Shown one piece after another: positions 12,001 to 24,900 of a DNA stretch of 64,000 bases (position 1 is its first letter; every line of letters starts with the position of its first letter). The notes under the pieces are model-generated. The model had not been told where the DNA came from and did no database searches. It worked only from the letters and a program-made list of their open reading frames with translations. Source of the stretch: Phoronis australis (Eukaryota; Animalia; Phoronida); NCBI GenBank assembly GCA_002633005.1, contig NMRA01000280.1, forward strand, positions 202,080 through 266,079, in the 5' to 3' direction. The position numbers were made by a program, and so were the translations under genes.

Positions 12001-15000
12001 CAAAAAAATCCAAATATTTTGGACAATTACGGTTTATTCCGTACTAAACCTTCTAATGAACTACTGAGTCCCATTATATTACTGTGCTCCACAATCACTT
12101 TTGTCGCAATTTTTTGCTTGATTTTGCAAATTTCAACCCCAAATCGGCATTTTATTTTGTCTCATTCAATTCATAGAGCTGTTACTCGGTGTTTGTCTGT
12201 GACATTTTTACTTGAACTGCCTACAATATCAAAAGATTACACAAGTAAAACCAGTCATTACTTTTCCTATAAACGGCTGCATAACGACCAGCTAGAAATT
12301 TGGCATAATGAGTCAAAATGAAATCAGTCCTTTAGGGTGCCTTTCATATCGCCGTAGTGATAAATGGACATGTGATGGATTTTGCTATTTATTGCGCATC
12401 TGATGTTTCCAAGAAAAGTTTGCCATGAATGAAACTGCAGATAATTATCACTGTTCTGAAGTTTTAGATGTGCTGGGCAATACACAACATTCAAGTTAAA
12501 ATCTTAAAGGTTTGCCCCATTTCAGTTTGGTAAGCCATTTGCTTTTCTCAGGGCCAAAACTGCTCAGAATCTCGATCAACCGATGTCGATTTCAGGTCAA
12601 ATTACTTTGAGGGGTGTGATATTCCAGGTTGACATAGCAAAATCTAAGGCAAATTCTCAACTTGGTCATGATGTCAAACCCCGAAAAGTTTACTAAATTC
12701 AGTGTGGATAAAGCAAATGTGATTTTTGTTTTTGTTTTTGTGTGTCAGATATCGTCACGTGAGCTGTTTTAACGAGACAAACCTTGGGCTAGTAACCTTT
12801 GACGTAGGTGTACTGTCGCTGTGTGTCCTCTGTAATCACTCTTCTCCTTTCATTTAAGGTTACTGACTGACATGAAGATCACTACAGAAAAGGATGCCAT
12901 GACGGCCATGGAGATTTTGATGAACAAAGGTGCAAAGACAGTGGTTTTAACCAGCTCTGATCTTGGCAATGATGACATTCTGGTTTGTCTTGGACTTTCG
13001 GGCCAAAGTAAGTTGTTCAATGCTCTGTGGCTCTGTTGTTTTAACACATACACTCAGTTTTCCAGACTAGTCGGATTTTGCCTTGCTTGGATACAATTGT
13101 TTATGCCTGTTTTACCATACCATGATCCAAGGCAGTATAAGCCATGGGCTCATTCCATGAATTACACATTTGAACATAATTCTGTTATTCAGGGCTTGGA
13201 ATTTTCCTCTTTTAAGAGCATTATTTTCCTCTTTTTTGTTTTAACTTTTATCTTTTTTCATCTCTTTTATATCGTTATTTCGACTTTATTCGCGCAGAAA
13301 CGTTAATTTCACTTAAATTTTACAGCACAAAAATATTTCTATCACACAAGCCTATTTATTTGTGGAACAGTGCATATAATAGAAAATTTTCTTCTTTTTT
13401 GTCATTGGTCATTCGAAGTCCTGGTTATTTATTCTATTAAGTGTTAAATAAAAAATTAAGAATATTTTTGATTTCCAGTGATGTTTCTTTGCTAAGATCG
13501 TCTCAGCGTGTAACACAGAGCATATTGTAGCTACCAAGCAGGAAAGCTCCTCCTATGTAAGGCTTCTTAAAGCCCCCTGTCTAAATATTGCCCAATTTGT
13601 CATCTGCAGTCAAAGTGCTTTAATTTTTCGTCCTAATGTAGATACTTAATTTCCAGTTTGTTATCAGATATTTCTGCTCACAAGCCTGGAGCTTATTTTC
13701 CAAAAGTGACATTTTATGGAAACGAAAAATCAAATCTGAAAATTTTTCTTGTACATGCCCACTGCACGTCTATTCAACTGAGCTTGTTTGAAAAACTCTG
13801 GTAAGAAAGTGGACTTTGCAAGCTGATCGCTTTTCTCTGTGATTATTGGCCAAGCGAATTAGAAATGCACCGTATTGCCACTACATGAATATGAGGTGGT
13901 GTACAAGTTGCTAAATGTTTTGAAGAACAGGATTTGTGTGGAAAATGATTGGCTGCAAATCTCCAGTGTCCAGTACCAGGACATGATACAGGGTAATAAC
14001 ACTGCATGGTGCCAACTCTGTGCGCCCACGAGGTACGTCAGAGTTCAAAGGTCTTCCATTTGCAGCCACTTTTGTTCTCACATGGATACGTTTTCCATGG
14101 ATACAAATACTGCTTGGATAACGTATGATAAAATACATCAAAATAGCATTACCGTAAGTGTGCCTTAATTTGTAGTTCCGTATAATTTTTTTTGTATTTC
14201 TGCAAAAGCTTACACAATGTAATGAAACCTATTTTCCTGGTCTTTCATATGGTGTCTCCTAAGAGAAAATTGCTCAAGAAGCTAATTTACAAACAATAGA
14301 AAATATCTCACTTGGCTCACAAAAGTGTAGGTACTCACAATAGATTTGTGGCAAGTAGTAATTTAATTGAATTAAATTGAAGAATTTTCAATACAATTTC
14401 ATATACATTTCTGCTTCAAATCGATGAAAGCACTTCTATAAATGTCGTTTTGATATTCTGACAAGTAGTAATTTAATTATTATTAAATTAAATTTTTAAT
14501 ACTGACAGTTTCATATACATTTCTGCTTCAAATCCGTGCAAGCATTTCTCTAAATGTTGTTTTAATTTTCTGACAAGTAGTAATTTAATTAAATTAAATT
14601 TAAGAATTTTCAATACAGTTTCATACATATTTCTGCTTCAAATCCATGAGTCAGTTTCAAATTTGGGAACTTGCCAGTTGTCAGCTTCCCTTGCTATGAA
14701 TACTTGACATTAATGTATGTGTTCAAAAAAGCAAGATTTTGTGCAAATGCGATTCAGTAAACAGGTTGTTACCGGGAATTTATGTAGACAAGCCCATGGA
14801 CGTGTATTCGGAAAATGAAAATTTTAAGGCATTTTAGCAACACCAAATAAACGCCCGGGCGTTTATTCAGAAAAGGGGGCATGTAAACGGAAAGTCATAG
14901 TTTTGCTGACTTTGACATTTTTTTACTTAAAACTGCATTTTTAAAGTTTACGTTAATAAATGCATAGTTTGCCAACACCTTGTTCGTTTTTAATGATAAA

Positions 15001-18000
15001 TGCTCCACAAAACTGAATTTGTGAAAAAAAGTTGACGCTGAGGGGGCTTTTAAGAGGAAAATTTACAAATAAATGCCCCACTGTCTGGACACTTGACACC
15101 ACAAGTTGTAACACCAAATAAATGCCCATGGGCGTCTATTCAGCATAATTTTCCAAATAAACGCCCATGGGCATTTCATCGGGTGGGCTTATCTACAGAA
15201 AATCCCGGTACACGCTGTTCAAAAGTGTTAGCATCCAAGACTTGAGCAGAATTCAATGTAACAAGTATGTTTGTTAAGTAGTACTTGTTTATTTAACGAA
15301 AATCGCAATGGTGTCAATTATGGGTACATTGTAGTTCATGGGTACACTGCTATACCTTAGCATTATAGCTGGTTGTTTATCTTAAGATATGATCTCGTAA
15401 AATAAGGAAGTACAAACGTGGGTATGTACTCAGAAAAGACTGTTTCGTTGTTACCTTGTTATGTGCTGTTCTGTCTTGCATGTTCACCAACCTGGCCACC
15501 CCTGTCATGTTTTGCTTGGTGGACTGTTCTGAGCTGTGTATAACACTGAATGATGCGGGCATTACTATTGTTTTGGTGCTTCTTTTATGTCGATTTTACT
15601 ATGGTTTCATCATAAAAGTCTTAAACTGGCACTGAATGATAAGATCACGGGTGAGAAATAACATGACCGCCGGTCCTCTTAAATCGGACCGCCTCACCCA
15701 AAACAGGACCTCCGGGGATCAAATGGGACCGTCGCACCAGAAAATGGGACTGACGCACCTAAAAACAGGTCCTGTTTTGGGTGAGGCGGTCCGATGTAAG
15801 AGGACCGGCAGTCATGTTGTTTCTCACCCGTGAAGATGAAGCTTTAAAGTGCGCGATTCCTGCCTGACTTTGGTGAATTGCATGGTACTACAGGTGTCAC
15901 CACTCAGTCTCAATCTGTGCCACTTATAAAAAAGTGTCACTGAAAACCGACTGTTTGTACTTAGTTATCTCCTGCCAAAGACAAATGTATGGTTATGTTC
16001 GGCATCATTACACACATGTACCCGTGCATTCATGTAAATGATAATATTTTCCCATCAATTCTCATGGGATTTCGGCATGACTTTCAAAAATTGCATGCTT
16101 ACAAAGCGCCATATGGCATGTGTCGCTAGCATTTTACGCTCTGACAATTTTTTACCATGTTTGCCATGTTCTTGATTTTCACACATCCATCTTGGGAGAA
16201 GCTCGTCTGTGTGCAGCCATTCACAAGGCCCTCAGCGGGAGATATTGTTTCTGTGATTAAGGTGAAGTGATAGTTAGTTGTGTCATGCCAATATTACTCA
16301 CAGAATAGTTGTGTGTAAGATACCTGTCTGTACTGGGTGTTATCTACAGTGTTGTAGAATCAGCCGATATCTTGTTTCTGTAACATTCTCATTTTGAAGC
16401 ATTGTAATGATGGTGCTATTGTTCGTAGTGCCAGTTACTGAGTATGAATAAATTACCTAATTACTTTGAGGCCGTTGAGGAGGCCGTGGCATGGTAATTA
16501 ATTGATAGTTAAGAACAAAATAGGTTTTGTATTTTTACCTAGGGAGAATGCTGTGACATGGTAATTACATGTCAATTAAGAACAACATGGGTTTTGCATT
16601 TTTGCCTAGGGAGAATACAGCAATTTTCTGCACTTCCATTTGCAGTACAGTATAGTCTATTCAATGATGTTGTTCTATTGTTCAAACGTGATAAAGATCA
16701 ATTTATATAAGGTTTGATGTCTGCATTAACACTGGTCTTTGGAAACCTGAAAAACCACTAAAATTATTTCCTTGATATTGGATTAGAAATAAGACATGAA
16801 AAGGAGCGTAAAATTCAAGGGAAACTTGATTACCAGTGTTGATTTTTTCAAAAAAGTACATTTTTACAGATTGTTGAACGAAGTGTACGTGTTCACTCTC
16901 TGGCATTCAGCCAAACTTGTATGCTGGCAATTCTGATTTTATTTATAGCACTTGAGAAATCTTGCGGACGAGTTGGTCATCTTCTCTTAAGTGTTTATAA
17001 AACTTGAAAACATCGTATGCTGTCACTGATCATAACAGAACTATATAGAGATGGTCACTAAGCTCAAAAAATATTATTCATAGCATTGTAACTGTTTAGA
17101 TTAGTGTCTAGTTGTTTTCATAGACATATTAAGCTGAATTGTTATAGGATTTTAGCAAGCTGTTATAGCATGCGCCCACATGTTTATAGGCGGTCATGTC
17201 TGGGTGGCGTCTGCTGCTTTATCTGTTAAACCTCTTGATGGGTATTCATGAAATTTTCCGGATATGTGTCTATCATTGATGAGACAACATGGGTGAATTT
17301 TTGGCCAGATTCAGTTTTTTTATGTTTGGAACTGTTTTGTTGGAGTAGGGTAAAGTTTGCTCAAATTTGAACAAAAATAATTGCCAAATTTCTCATTATG
17401 TCATTTTTGAAACTTTCACTGTATGGCCAAAAATTTTAAAAATTTCATCGGGTGTTTTTTGGTATAGCTGTAGGACACCACTTCTTTTCTATAAATTGTC
17501 TTCTTTACTCTTGTTGGAAATGTTGATAAATAAAGTTTTGTTGTTTCACTATAATGAGTTCTAATTTTAAAAAACTTATCATGCCTTGAAGGATGCTCAT
17601 GAAATTTGCCAAATAGGTATCTGTTCAGGATATGTTACAGCCTTCTTATTTTTGGATGGATTTGGTGTATTCTGTGCCACCTAGTGGCTGGTGTTACTGT
17701 TTTTGGTGCCTACCTCTCTGTCAACCAAACCACTCTAAGTATGATTATGAAAATTGGTATAGGTACTCCTACTGGGAAGAGGACTGCCGACGGTTATTTT
17801 CGAACCAATCCGACTACTGGTGCCAATTGTTTGTTTTGTTTTTTTTTTGTCCGCATCTGTATCTCGTGAACCCTTTGCGGGAGCTTTGGTAAATTTGTCA
17901 AGTCTATGTTGTCTATGGTTGGCAACGACTTTTGGATGGATCCGACTACCTCTGTGCCCCCTAAATGGTAATTTCATTTTTATGCGCCTACATATTTATA

Positions 18001-21000
18001 TGTGGACGCATTATGCCGTCATCTCCGTCCGTCCATCCGGCGTCTGCTGCTCTATCTCTAAAACGCCTTGACATATGTTCATGAAATTTTGTCCATGTGT
18101 TCTTTCTGTGGATGGGACGGCATGAGCGAACTTTCGGACGGATCCGACTATCGGTGTGCCCCCTAGTGGCAATTTTAGTGTTTTACGTTTACCTCTATAT
18201 CTTCAAAAGTCCTGATTTTCATAAAATTTGGTATATAGGCACCTATTAGTAAGATGACGCTATCTTACCGTTTTCGGATGAATTTGACGTAGTTTGCGTC
18301 ACCTGGTGGCCATGTTTTTCTGTTTTTGCGTCTACCCCTCTATCAACCAAATCGCTCAAAGGATGATTGTGAAAATTGGCATGTATATATGAAGTAGATG
18401 GCTGACAATGATTTTCCGACGACTTCGACTACTGTGGCGGCTCCTAGTGGCAATGACCCCTTCCCATTTTTGGATAGAATCAGCATATTGTATGCCACCT
18501 ATTAATTAGTCATCTGTACTATTGTTGTGTCTAGTTTGGTGTCTGTCTCACTATCTGACAAAGTAGTCTTGTAATTATTATGAAAATTGGAATATTTGCT
18601 CATAATAGGAAGAGCATAACTGACAGTGATTTTTCGAACGGCTCGGACTACTGTGGCACCTCGGTGGCAGTTTAGGTTTGTCTCGTCCATGGAACTATGT
18701 GGCAATATATGGTGATGACTTTCGAAGGGATTCCACTAACCCCCCCCCTCAGTGTCAGTTTGTATTATGGAGCCGATTATGCCTTCACATTTTTGGATGG
18801 ATTCGCGTATTGTGGGCCACTTAGTGACCTTTTTTATAATTTTTGATTCTGTTTTTTTGACATCTGACTCTCTACTGGCCAAACCACTACAAGGATGATA
18901 TGAAAAATAGCATATTTGTTCCTACTAGTACGTGCATGACTGACAATGATTTTCGAATGTATCTGCACTTTATACTAGTATACACAAAGTGCGTGCGATG
19001 CTTTGTGTTGCTCTTGCACTTTCTCAAAATGCTACAAAATATTAGCCAGTATTTCAAAATGGCAGCCATGATTATCAAACTAAAGTGGGTTATTTTAATT
19101 TAAAGATCAAAATTGTTCTCATGTGATAAAACCAGGCCCATGATGCCTCTATTCTGGGACAGAATATTTACTCTTCCTAAACAAATCTTTAAGAATCACT
19201 CAAAATTCCTCTCATGAGGCTTACAAATTTCTCTCCAATTATTAAAAATTCCTGTCAGGGTTAGAATTAAATTTTGGCTACTTGTGGCATTGCCAATAAA
19301 GGTTGGCGACTGGGGTGGTGGTGTGGAATTGGTATTGACTAGGAGGGTTATTTTCCCTTTACTCTGAGATGACCGAGAGACCTGTAAAAACATGAAAGTT
19401 TGATTAGTTAGTAAAATTGCTCTAGATACCCATTGTTATTACCTTGGTGACAAGCTACCATCTTAGTTTAAAACTATGGTGACTCTGCAATTTTGATAAC
19501 TTAAATGTCAAATCATACTTTAAATGCCACAAGGAGTTCGTGGAAGAAGTTTTCAAGCTTTCTTGGGTTTGGGAGCCTCTGTAACAGAGCACTCTGATCA
19601 TTCGCTTGCATGTACACATGGATTTGCTTGGAATCATGTTATTGTATGTTAATGGTAGTAGTCTGTATCAACATGATACTAGCTCTCCTAGTTCTGTGGT
19701 ATTAACAACCACACGGCAGCTAAGGTGGTGTGCCTGCTGACTGTACCAGTTCTCCTATACACAGATGGTCATTTCAGAATGACTGCGATGTCCAATAATC
19801 TCTCAGCTCTGATAGCCTCGCACAGCAGCAGAGATGAAAAACCATTTTTCAAAACCTGTCGAAAATTAAAAAGTACTTCAAGAGCTTTGTAGGTTTCATT
19901 TAATCTTTGCTTTCTTCGTCTGTTGCAGATGGGTATAGAACTGGTGTCCGGGTGGAGATTCCTAAACTGGACGCGATATTTACTGGCACGGGAGATCTGT
20001 TTGCTGCTCTCCTTCTTGCTCACTTACAACAACACGGTGATGACCTTAAGGTAATGAGCTGGATGTAAGAGTTTGTCACATTCTCTGGAGTTTTTTGTTT
20101 GCAAACTCAAGATAAACGTTTAGTACTTGGTGCTTCAATTCAGTATGGTTTATGCAAATGGGTTTCTAGTTTAGGTTTGCATCTGATGACCTCTAGATTC
20201 GAGAGAAACGTTTAATGAGTACAAACGCGAAATTTCGAGTCAAAACTTGAAATTTCAGACTAAACCTTAATACTGTAGTCATCAAGTGCAAAAGACGGGT
20301 TAGACATTCATCCTCGTAAACGCTGCTACTCTCAAGTGCAATAATTATCCTTTAATTCATACTAAAGTAGAGCAGGAAATGCAAAAAAATAATATAAAGT
20401 TTGATTTCAAGTTAGCCCTTGGGCCCTGGAGTACCACACTTAATGCCTTGTCTTTCTGGATATATTTGACAGTGGCCACCACCATTTTACACTTTCAGTT
20501 AAGTGGGGCGAAGAGCCTTAGTCCAATAAATGTGAGTGGTATGTTGTAAGTCACGAGTGTAGAATTGTTTTCTTAGGGCTATTCATAGATGCGATTGTTT
20601 TCTTTTCTCAACAGGTGGCAACAGAGAAGGTAGTGGCTACTATGCAGGCTGTTCTGAGACGAACACTTACACATGCTCAGGGTATGTTAAATAGGTTTGA
20701 ACAAAAACGCTGTTTTGTTGTCTGGTGCTTAAAGCACAGGGAAGGTGAGCGGTGAAGTTGGTTCCCTGTACATTCTCCATTGGCTGTAGTTTTCTTAGAC
20801 GATTGTGTTGCCAAGATTGGCGATCCTGTTTGCTGTAAAAACTCTTCTCCTCTTTCCCCATTGGTTTTGAGTTTGGCTGCGCTAGTGTCTATGAAATTCA
20901 TGAATTTCCCACGCAGGACGAGTGTATGATAGCGTTTTCAAATCTGTGATAGTAGCACGTTAGTTATAGTCCCTGTGATCACAGCCATTTTCCATTGTGA

Positions 21001-21925
21001 GAGTGGTTATTAGATTAGATCTTGCTAGAAACTTGGTCTGTGCAATGCACCTCTGGTTAGAGACTAGAGAAAAAACGCACTATTTCCCTTCTCAAGCGGA
21101 CTTTTTGGTAAATAATTATGAACACCTGAAAAATATGGCAGACTAGAATCAGCTATGCTTTTGGCATAATTTTTGTTAAATTCTTTGATTAGTTTGCTGG
21201 TTTCCATATGGTCTTTTTTGATACTGCCTTCAAATTGCATTGGGTTATACTGAAAATTGCTGCGATAAGGATAGTTCCTTTGAAATTGGAGTATAGATAA
21301 TTTGTACTTAAGTTTGAATTGAAGACAGCAGCATCTTTTGGCGAATTTGAAAACACACCTCGCGCATATGGATTGTAGGTTTCTTTGATCTTCGCACATC
21401 TCATCTTTACAGAGCATTCTGTTGTGGAAGTGGAGACAACAGCATGCTGAGTATGAACTTCCTTTCTGGGTTTGCTTGGCTTGTGTTAATAACCAACCTT
21501 GCCTGTTTTTGGACAAAAATTATTGCCAGAATCGCACTTTTTCATTTTTCAAGGGCTTGTGACATTGTTGAGAATTCCCTCAATTTTGTCAAAATATTGT
21601 CTGTTAGCTATGGTACAGAATTTTGGTACTATGTGTCTTATATGCAGATGAGAAAAAAGAATTTCATCAGCTACTTTGTGTCCTAAATTGACAATGTTTT
21701 GGCCTATTCCTAACTTTGTAGTCTAGAAGGATGTGTGTCAAGAGTGAATTATGGGATTGCTTGTACTGTACTATGAAAAATTATATAAGTTCTCATTTTT
21801 TGACAATTTCAGAGCTTGCTGGGCCAGAAAAGAAGCCTAATATGGCACAAATGGAACTCCAGATGGTGCAGAGTAAAAGCGACATTGAAAACCCCCTAGT
21901 TACAATTCAGGCCAAGGTGTTATGA
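1..21925 (+). CDS. PDXK: Pyridoxal kinase, 5'-partial multi-exon gene: exons 1-13, 5049-5132, 5643-5677, 10329-10414, 12859-13007, 19929-20050, 20615-20681, 21813-21925
   Basis: Hand-spliced GT-AG exons with consistent phases give [76 protein letters not shown]...FTGTGDLFAALLL...ELQMVQSKSDIENP. This carries the PdxK motifs [14 protein letters not shown] and GTGD. Confidence 0.96.
2723..3032 (+). pseudogene. Frameshifted first exon of a KolX / P2X7-ballast-like protein
   Basis: MSSPED... then, after a frameshift, acidic FCDDEASDTD...GPCRFEPVPASV...DPEDNDRTTSDVLS. This resembles the PYxFEP-acidic-R..DVSxW leader that precedes the Cys-rich domain in 'P2X7-like' transposon proteins. The downstream exons are absent. 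Confidence 0.55.
3610..3842 (-). pseudogene. THAP zinc-finger first exon of a transposase (decayed)
   Basis: MSDCCVIGGC...SLHRFP...W...VIWSKHF..DCF is a THAP C2CH pattern with the third Cys replaced by Trp; it ends at the donor ccaag|gtaagt; no catalytic domain follows. Confidence 0.8.
5049..5132 (+). CDS. PDXK: PDXK exon ([28 protein letters not shown])
   Basis: cag|...|gtaagt, 84 nt, phase 1-1. Confidence 0.93.
5643..5677 (+). CDS. PDXK: PDXK exon ([12 protein letters not shown])
   Basis: cag|...|gtgagt, DPVMGD motif. Confidence 0.93.
6315..6430 (-). mobile_element. tRNA-derived SINE 5' part
   Basis: The minus strand reads GGCAGTGTGGTCTAGTGG (A box) ... GGTTCAAGTACC (B box), followed by non-tRNA sequence; no acceptor stem. 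Confidence 0.6.
6479..8518 (+). mobile_element. Second HINE copy with ~13 internal monomers, nested in an older copy (6431-8604)
   Basis: Same 5' TTTTATGCGCCCACATATTTATATGTGG start and GCTCTTGTT end; a second family 3' end follows at 8519-8604. Confidence 0.78.
10329..10414 (+). CDS. PDXK: PDXK exon ([29 protein letters not shown])
   Basis: tag|...|gtaagt, TPNQFEAE motif. Confidence 0.95.
10431..10674. mobile_element. MITE with TA TSD (Tc1/mariner-type)
   Basis: ~26-bp TIRs CAATAAAATCTCACTGATTTAGGACA / TGTCCTAAATCTGTGAGATTTTGTCG, flanked by TA on both sides. Confidence 0.65.
12859..13007 (+). CDS. PDXK: PDXK exon (LLTDMKITTEKDAMTAMEILMNKGAKTVVLTSSDLGNDDILVCLGLSGQ)
   Basis: aag|...|gtaagt, phase 2-1, TVVLTSS motif. 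Confidence 0.92.
14352..14648. repeat. AT-rich tandem repeat, ~110-bp unit, ~2.7 copies
   Basis: CAAGTAGTAATTTAATT...CATATACATTTCTGCTTCAAATC recurs at ~14352, 14462 and 14574. Confidence 0.85.
14772..15208. mobile_element. MITE with TA TSD (pogo/Tigger-like)
   Basis: TA|CCGGGAATTTATGTAGACAAGCCCA ... TGGGCTTATCTACAGAAAATCCCGG|TA; internal CAAATAAA(C/T)GCCC repeats. Confidence 0.75.
15646..15832. mobile_element. 187-bp fold-back MITE with CAC..GTG termini and a 5-bp TSD (Transib-like)
   Basis: ~65-bp near-perfect TIRs starting CACGGGTGAGAAA; AAGAT duplicated at 15641-15645 and 15833-15837. Confidence 0.8.
17169..19016 (+). mobile_element. Two further HINE copies: degenerate copy from ~17169 and a younger copy at ~17977-19016
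   Basis: ATGCGCC(C/T)ACAT starts at 17170 and 17982; 17981-18450 closely parallels 1370-1880; same monomers; degenerate GTTGCTCTTG end. Confidence 0.75.
19929..20050 (+). CDS. PDXK: PDXK exon (GYRTGVRVEIPKLDAIFTGTGDLFAALLLAHLQQHGDDLK)
   Basis: cag|...|gtaatg, catalytic GTGD motif. Confidence 0.95.
20170..20430. repeat. Interspersed repeat family; related copies at 24165-24432 (inverted), ~25200 and ~25980
   Basis: Shared GTTTGCA..TGATGACCTCT / TCATCAAGTGCAAA inverted pair and AAGTAGAACAGAAAATG(T/A)CAAAA block. Confidence 0.55.
20615..20681 (+). CDS. PDXK: PDXK exon (VATEKVVATMQAVLRRTLTHAQ)
   Basis: cag|...|gtatgt, phase 0-1. Confidence 0.92.
21813..21925 (+). CDS. PDXK: PDXK last coding exon (ELAGPEKKPNMAQMELQMVQSKSDIENPLVTIQAKVL*)
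   Basis: cag| acceptor, ELxMVQSKxDIE motif, TGA stop; candidate AATAAA at 22447-22452. Confidence 0.94.
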
Positions 21926-24900
21926 TGGTAGAAGGGACTCTACTGTGCAAAGTTAGATTTTGTCCGTAATTGAAACGAAGGATTGGTTATAACTGGATAT
22001 TTCACTCAACTTCGAAATGATTATGGGGTGCTGAATTGGTAAGACCTTACCGACCAATATAGTGATATGTTATACATACAGTAATTTTCCACTACTTTTG
22101 CTCAATAATAATTGCTTTTCTTTCATTTTTCAAAGCCTTAATACATTCCTGATATTGAGGTAAAATTGATCAACAGTTGTTTTACAATGTCTACACAGTA
22201 TAAACCATGCTAGTAATACCGGATAAATTTTGTTGAACAGGTCCTTTTTTTAAATTTTACATAAAATTATTGTATGCTAATTAAGTGAAGAATTACTATA
22301 TGTAATTCCATTTGTAGTGTTGATTAAACTAAAAACTTAATATAAAACTCCAAGCTCTACTATCTAGTTGGTGTTGCATTGTCTAGCTCACCACAATGAT
22401 CTTGCTTGTTTATTTGTTGTACTTTGGGCCGATGGCTATGTGTACAAATAAAGAAGAAGAGTGATATGTGAAGTCAATGTGTAATCAGTGAAAATAATTA
22501 GATCTTTGACATCATTCTGTTGAGCAGAAGTTTAAATTCTAGAAATTTGAATCCTTTACAAATAATACAATGATTAATTGGACTGAAAGGTTGTCACTAA
22601 TTTATATTCTTATACACGTATAATTTACCTGTCGTGGTTTCATTAATTCTACATGGTTGATGAGCTATGATAAGAGCTTCCGAGCCTGGGGGTTGTTGAC
22701 TTTCTCTTTGCTTGATTACTCTGTAGGGAAAGTCTGTTTGAAGAGTTCCAAGTGTTGGGCGTGCAAGACTGATACTGTTAATATTTATTATATCATTGCA
22801 ATACAATGACAACAGTTTTTGTTTCTTCAAGTTATAACTGACCTTGTTTTGCCAAGATTGAGGACCCTGACTCTGGAAAGACAGTCAGTGTAATCAGGAT
22901 CCTAGTGGGAATGTGTTGCTGAGATGGGTGCATTTTACCATTTCTTTCCTGGTATTGATTTGGGTTACTTTTACAATTCTCATATAATTTTGGGATATCT
23001 GTTCAGATTTAGTGAATATGAAAGTAGGAATGGAGATTGCTATTTTTGTTGGATAGAAATATGGTGTGGCAGTGGTTTACAATTTATTAATGCAGACCTT
23101 TTTTAAACTTCTGGTTTGATAGTGGCCTACAATTTATGAATGCAGACCTGATTTTTAAGTCATTAGACAGCCTGATGATAGGGTGTTATTTGGAAGGTAG
23201 ACTTCAGATGAGGGATTGTTGGTTGGGGTAAATTTCTTCAAGTTATTAACTTTGACCAGTGCTGTAAAACAACAAAAATCCATTGTTTTTTTGTTTTGTT
23301 GCTGATGGCTGCCAGTCACCTAAATTCAGAGTGGTGACTATGTATTCTTAAAATACTCTTTTAATTAGTTTTTATGGAGTGGAGTTTAGCTTCTCTAGCA
23401 AAGCATCTGGCTGAGACCCTTAAAATGTGAGTTCGAATGGGTCTTGTGTCTGACTAAAAAAATCTCGCTGGTTATGACACTTTTAAGCCCTCTTTCAACA
23501 GGGACTTGAGGCTCTGTTGTAGTTCTTAAGTCGTATTTTTCACTTTGACCTTGTATAGATATCCCCAGATTTGGCAGCACAGCTACACCTGCCCTAGAAA
23601 TGGACCCCTCCCCTACCCCCGAGCCGATTGGGACACTACTTGAAGGATAGTGTTTTCCACTCCAGTCAGCTTGTTGAATATTTTATCGCAATGTCTGTGA
23701 AATAGCAACGAGACTGGCAAACGAAAAACGCTAAGGTTGATGCAGTATATTGACAAACCCACCAGCCAGTAGTGGACAATATTGAGTGATGTCACTTGGC
23801 CATGTGTAGCTCTTCACGTAATTAAAAGAACGTCAGTGCGCCTTACTCCCCTACTGGCATGCCGGTGGAAATACGAAGGCATTTTTTCTGAAGCTGCGAC
23901 GCTTACCATATTCGCGTCTTTATTTAATTTCCCATCTTCATCCCCCAGTGCCGAAAATGGTAGTAGTCATGTCCAGGTGTCCTGCATTTTGAGGACCAGT
24001 TTTCTCCAATGAACAGCAGGTATCAAAGTGGCGAGCTTTTCGTAGAGACAAAAATCTCGCGAAAACGCAAGAGCACGTAAGACTTCTGAGATATCGTCCT
24101 GTATTACAAACGAAGTATTTTTGTTAGCTTCCATAGCGAGGTTCTTGCGTCTACGAAATTCCGCCCTGGCGCCTGGTTTTAATCTTTGTTCCCGAAATCC
24201 CACACGAAAGCATTTTGTCATTTTCTGTTCTACTTATGTGCTAACTCGAGATAATTGGTTCAACTTTTGTCTGTATTCGAGTACATTACGGTTTACACGT
24301 CTGTTAGTTCCCAGTCGAGGTTTGCACTTGATGACCTCTATATCCGTGCTACAAACTAGAGTGAAAACTCGAAATTTGGAGTTTAGACTCGAATTTTTTG
24401 CCTCAATGCAGAGATCATCAAGTGCAAACTAGAATTAGAAAGTTATCCACTTCGTCAGTATCATACCGTGAATAATACGCTTACAAGGAAGTCACGCATT
24501 TCTAAAGATATACGGAAATTTTCACCGCTCGTCCTTCTGAGCGGCTTGTACCCGGGGATCAAAGAGAGCGCGGCGCCGGAATCATCGCACTTTAATTTGT
24601 TTATATTTTATGATTTGACTTCTAGTAAAGATTGAACTTTAATGACACGTGAAATGTTTAGTGTACCTGTAATGTGGTAAGTTTAGGGATGGGCTCACAA
24701 TGAACTTAACTAATTAAGTTTAGCTGGCGATCAAAATCTACCACTGTTTTGGTACTTCAAGTTCAAAATTTAGACAAAAAGTTATCAACCCGTTCTCGGT
24801 GAGAAAAAAACAAGTGGGCAGAAGCATTAAAAATTAAATAAAGAAAACCTTTTGGGAAGTGTCTCTTTTTGAAGATAAAAATGAACACAAGTTAACCTTT

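Noticed and set aside
12872-13306. 144-aa ORF as a stand-alone gene
   Set aside because: It is a PDXK exon reading through its donor at 13008 into the intron
21064-21516. 150-aa minus-strand ORF
   Set aside because: Antisense within a PDXK intron, no recognisable domain
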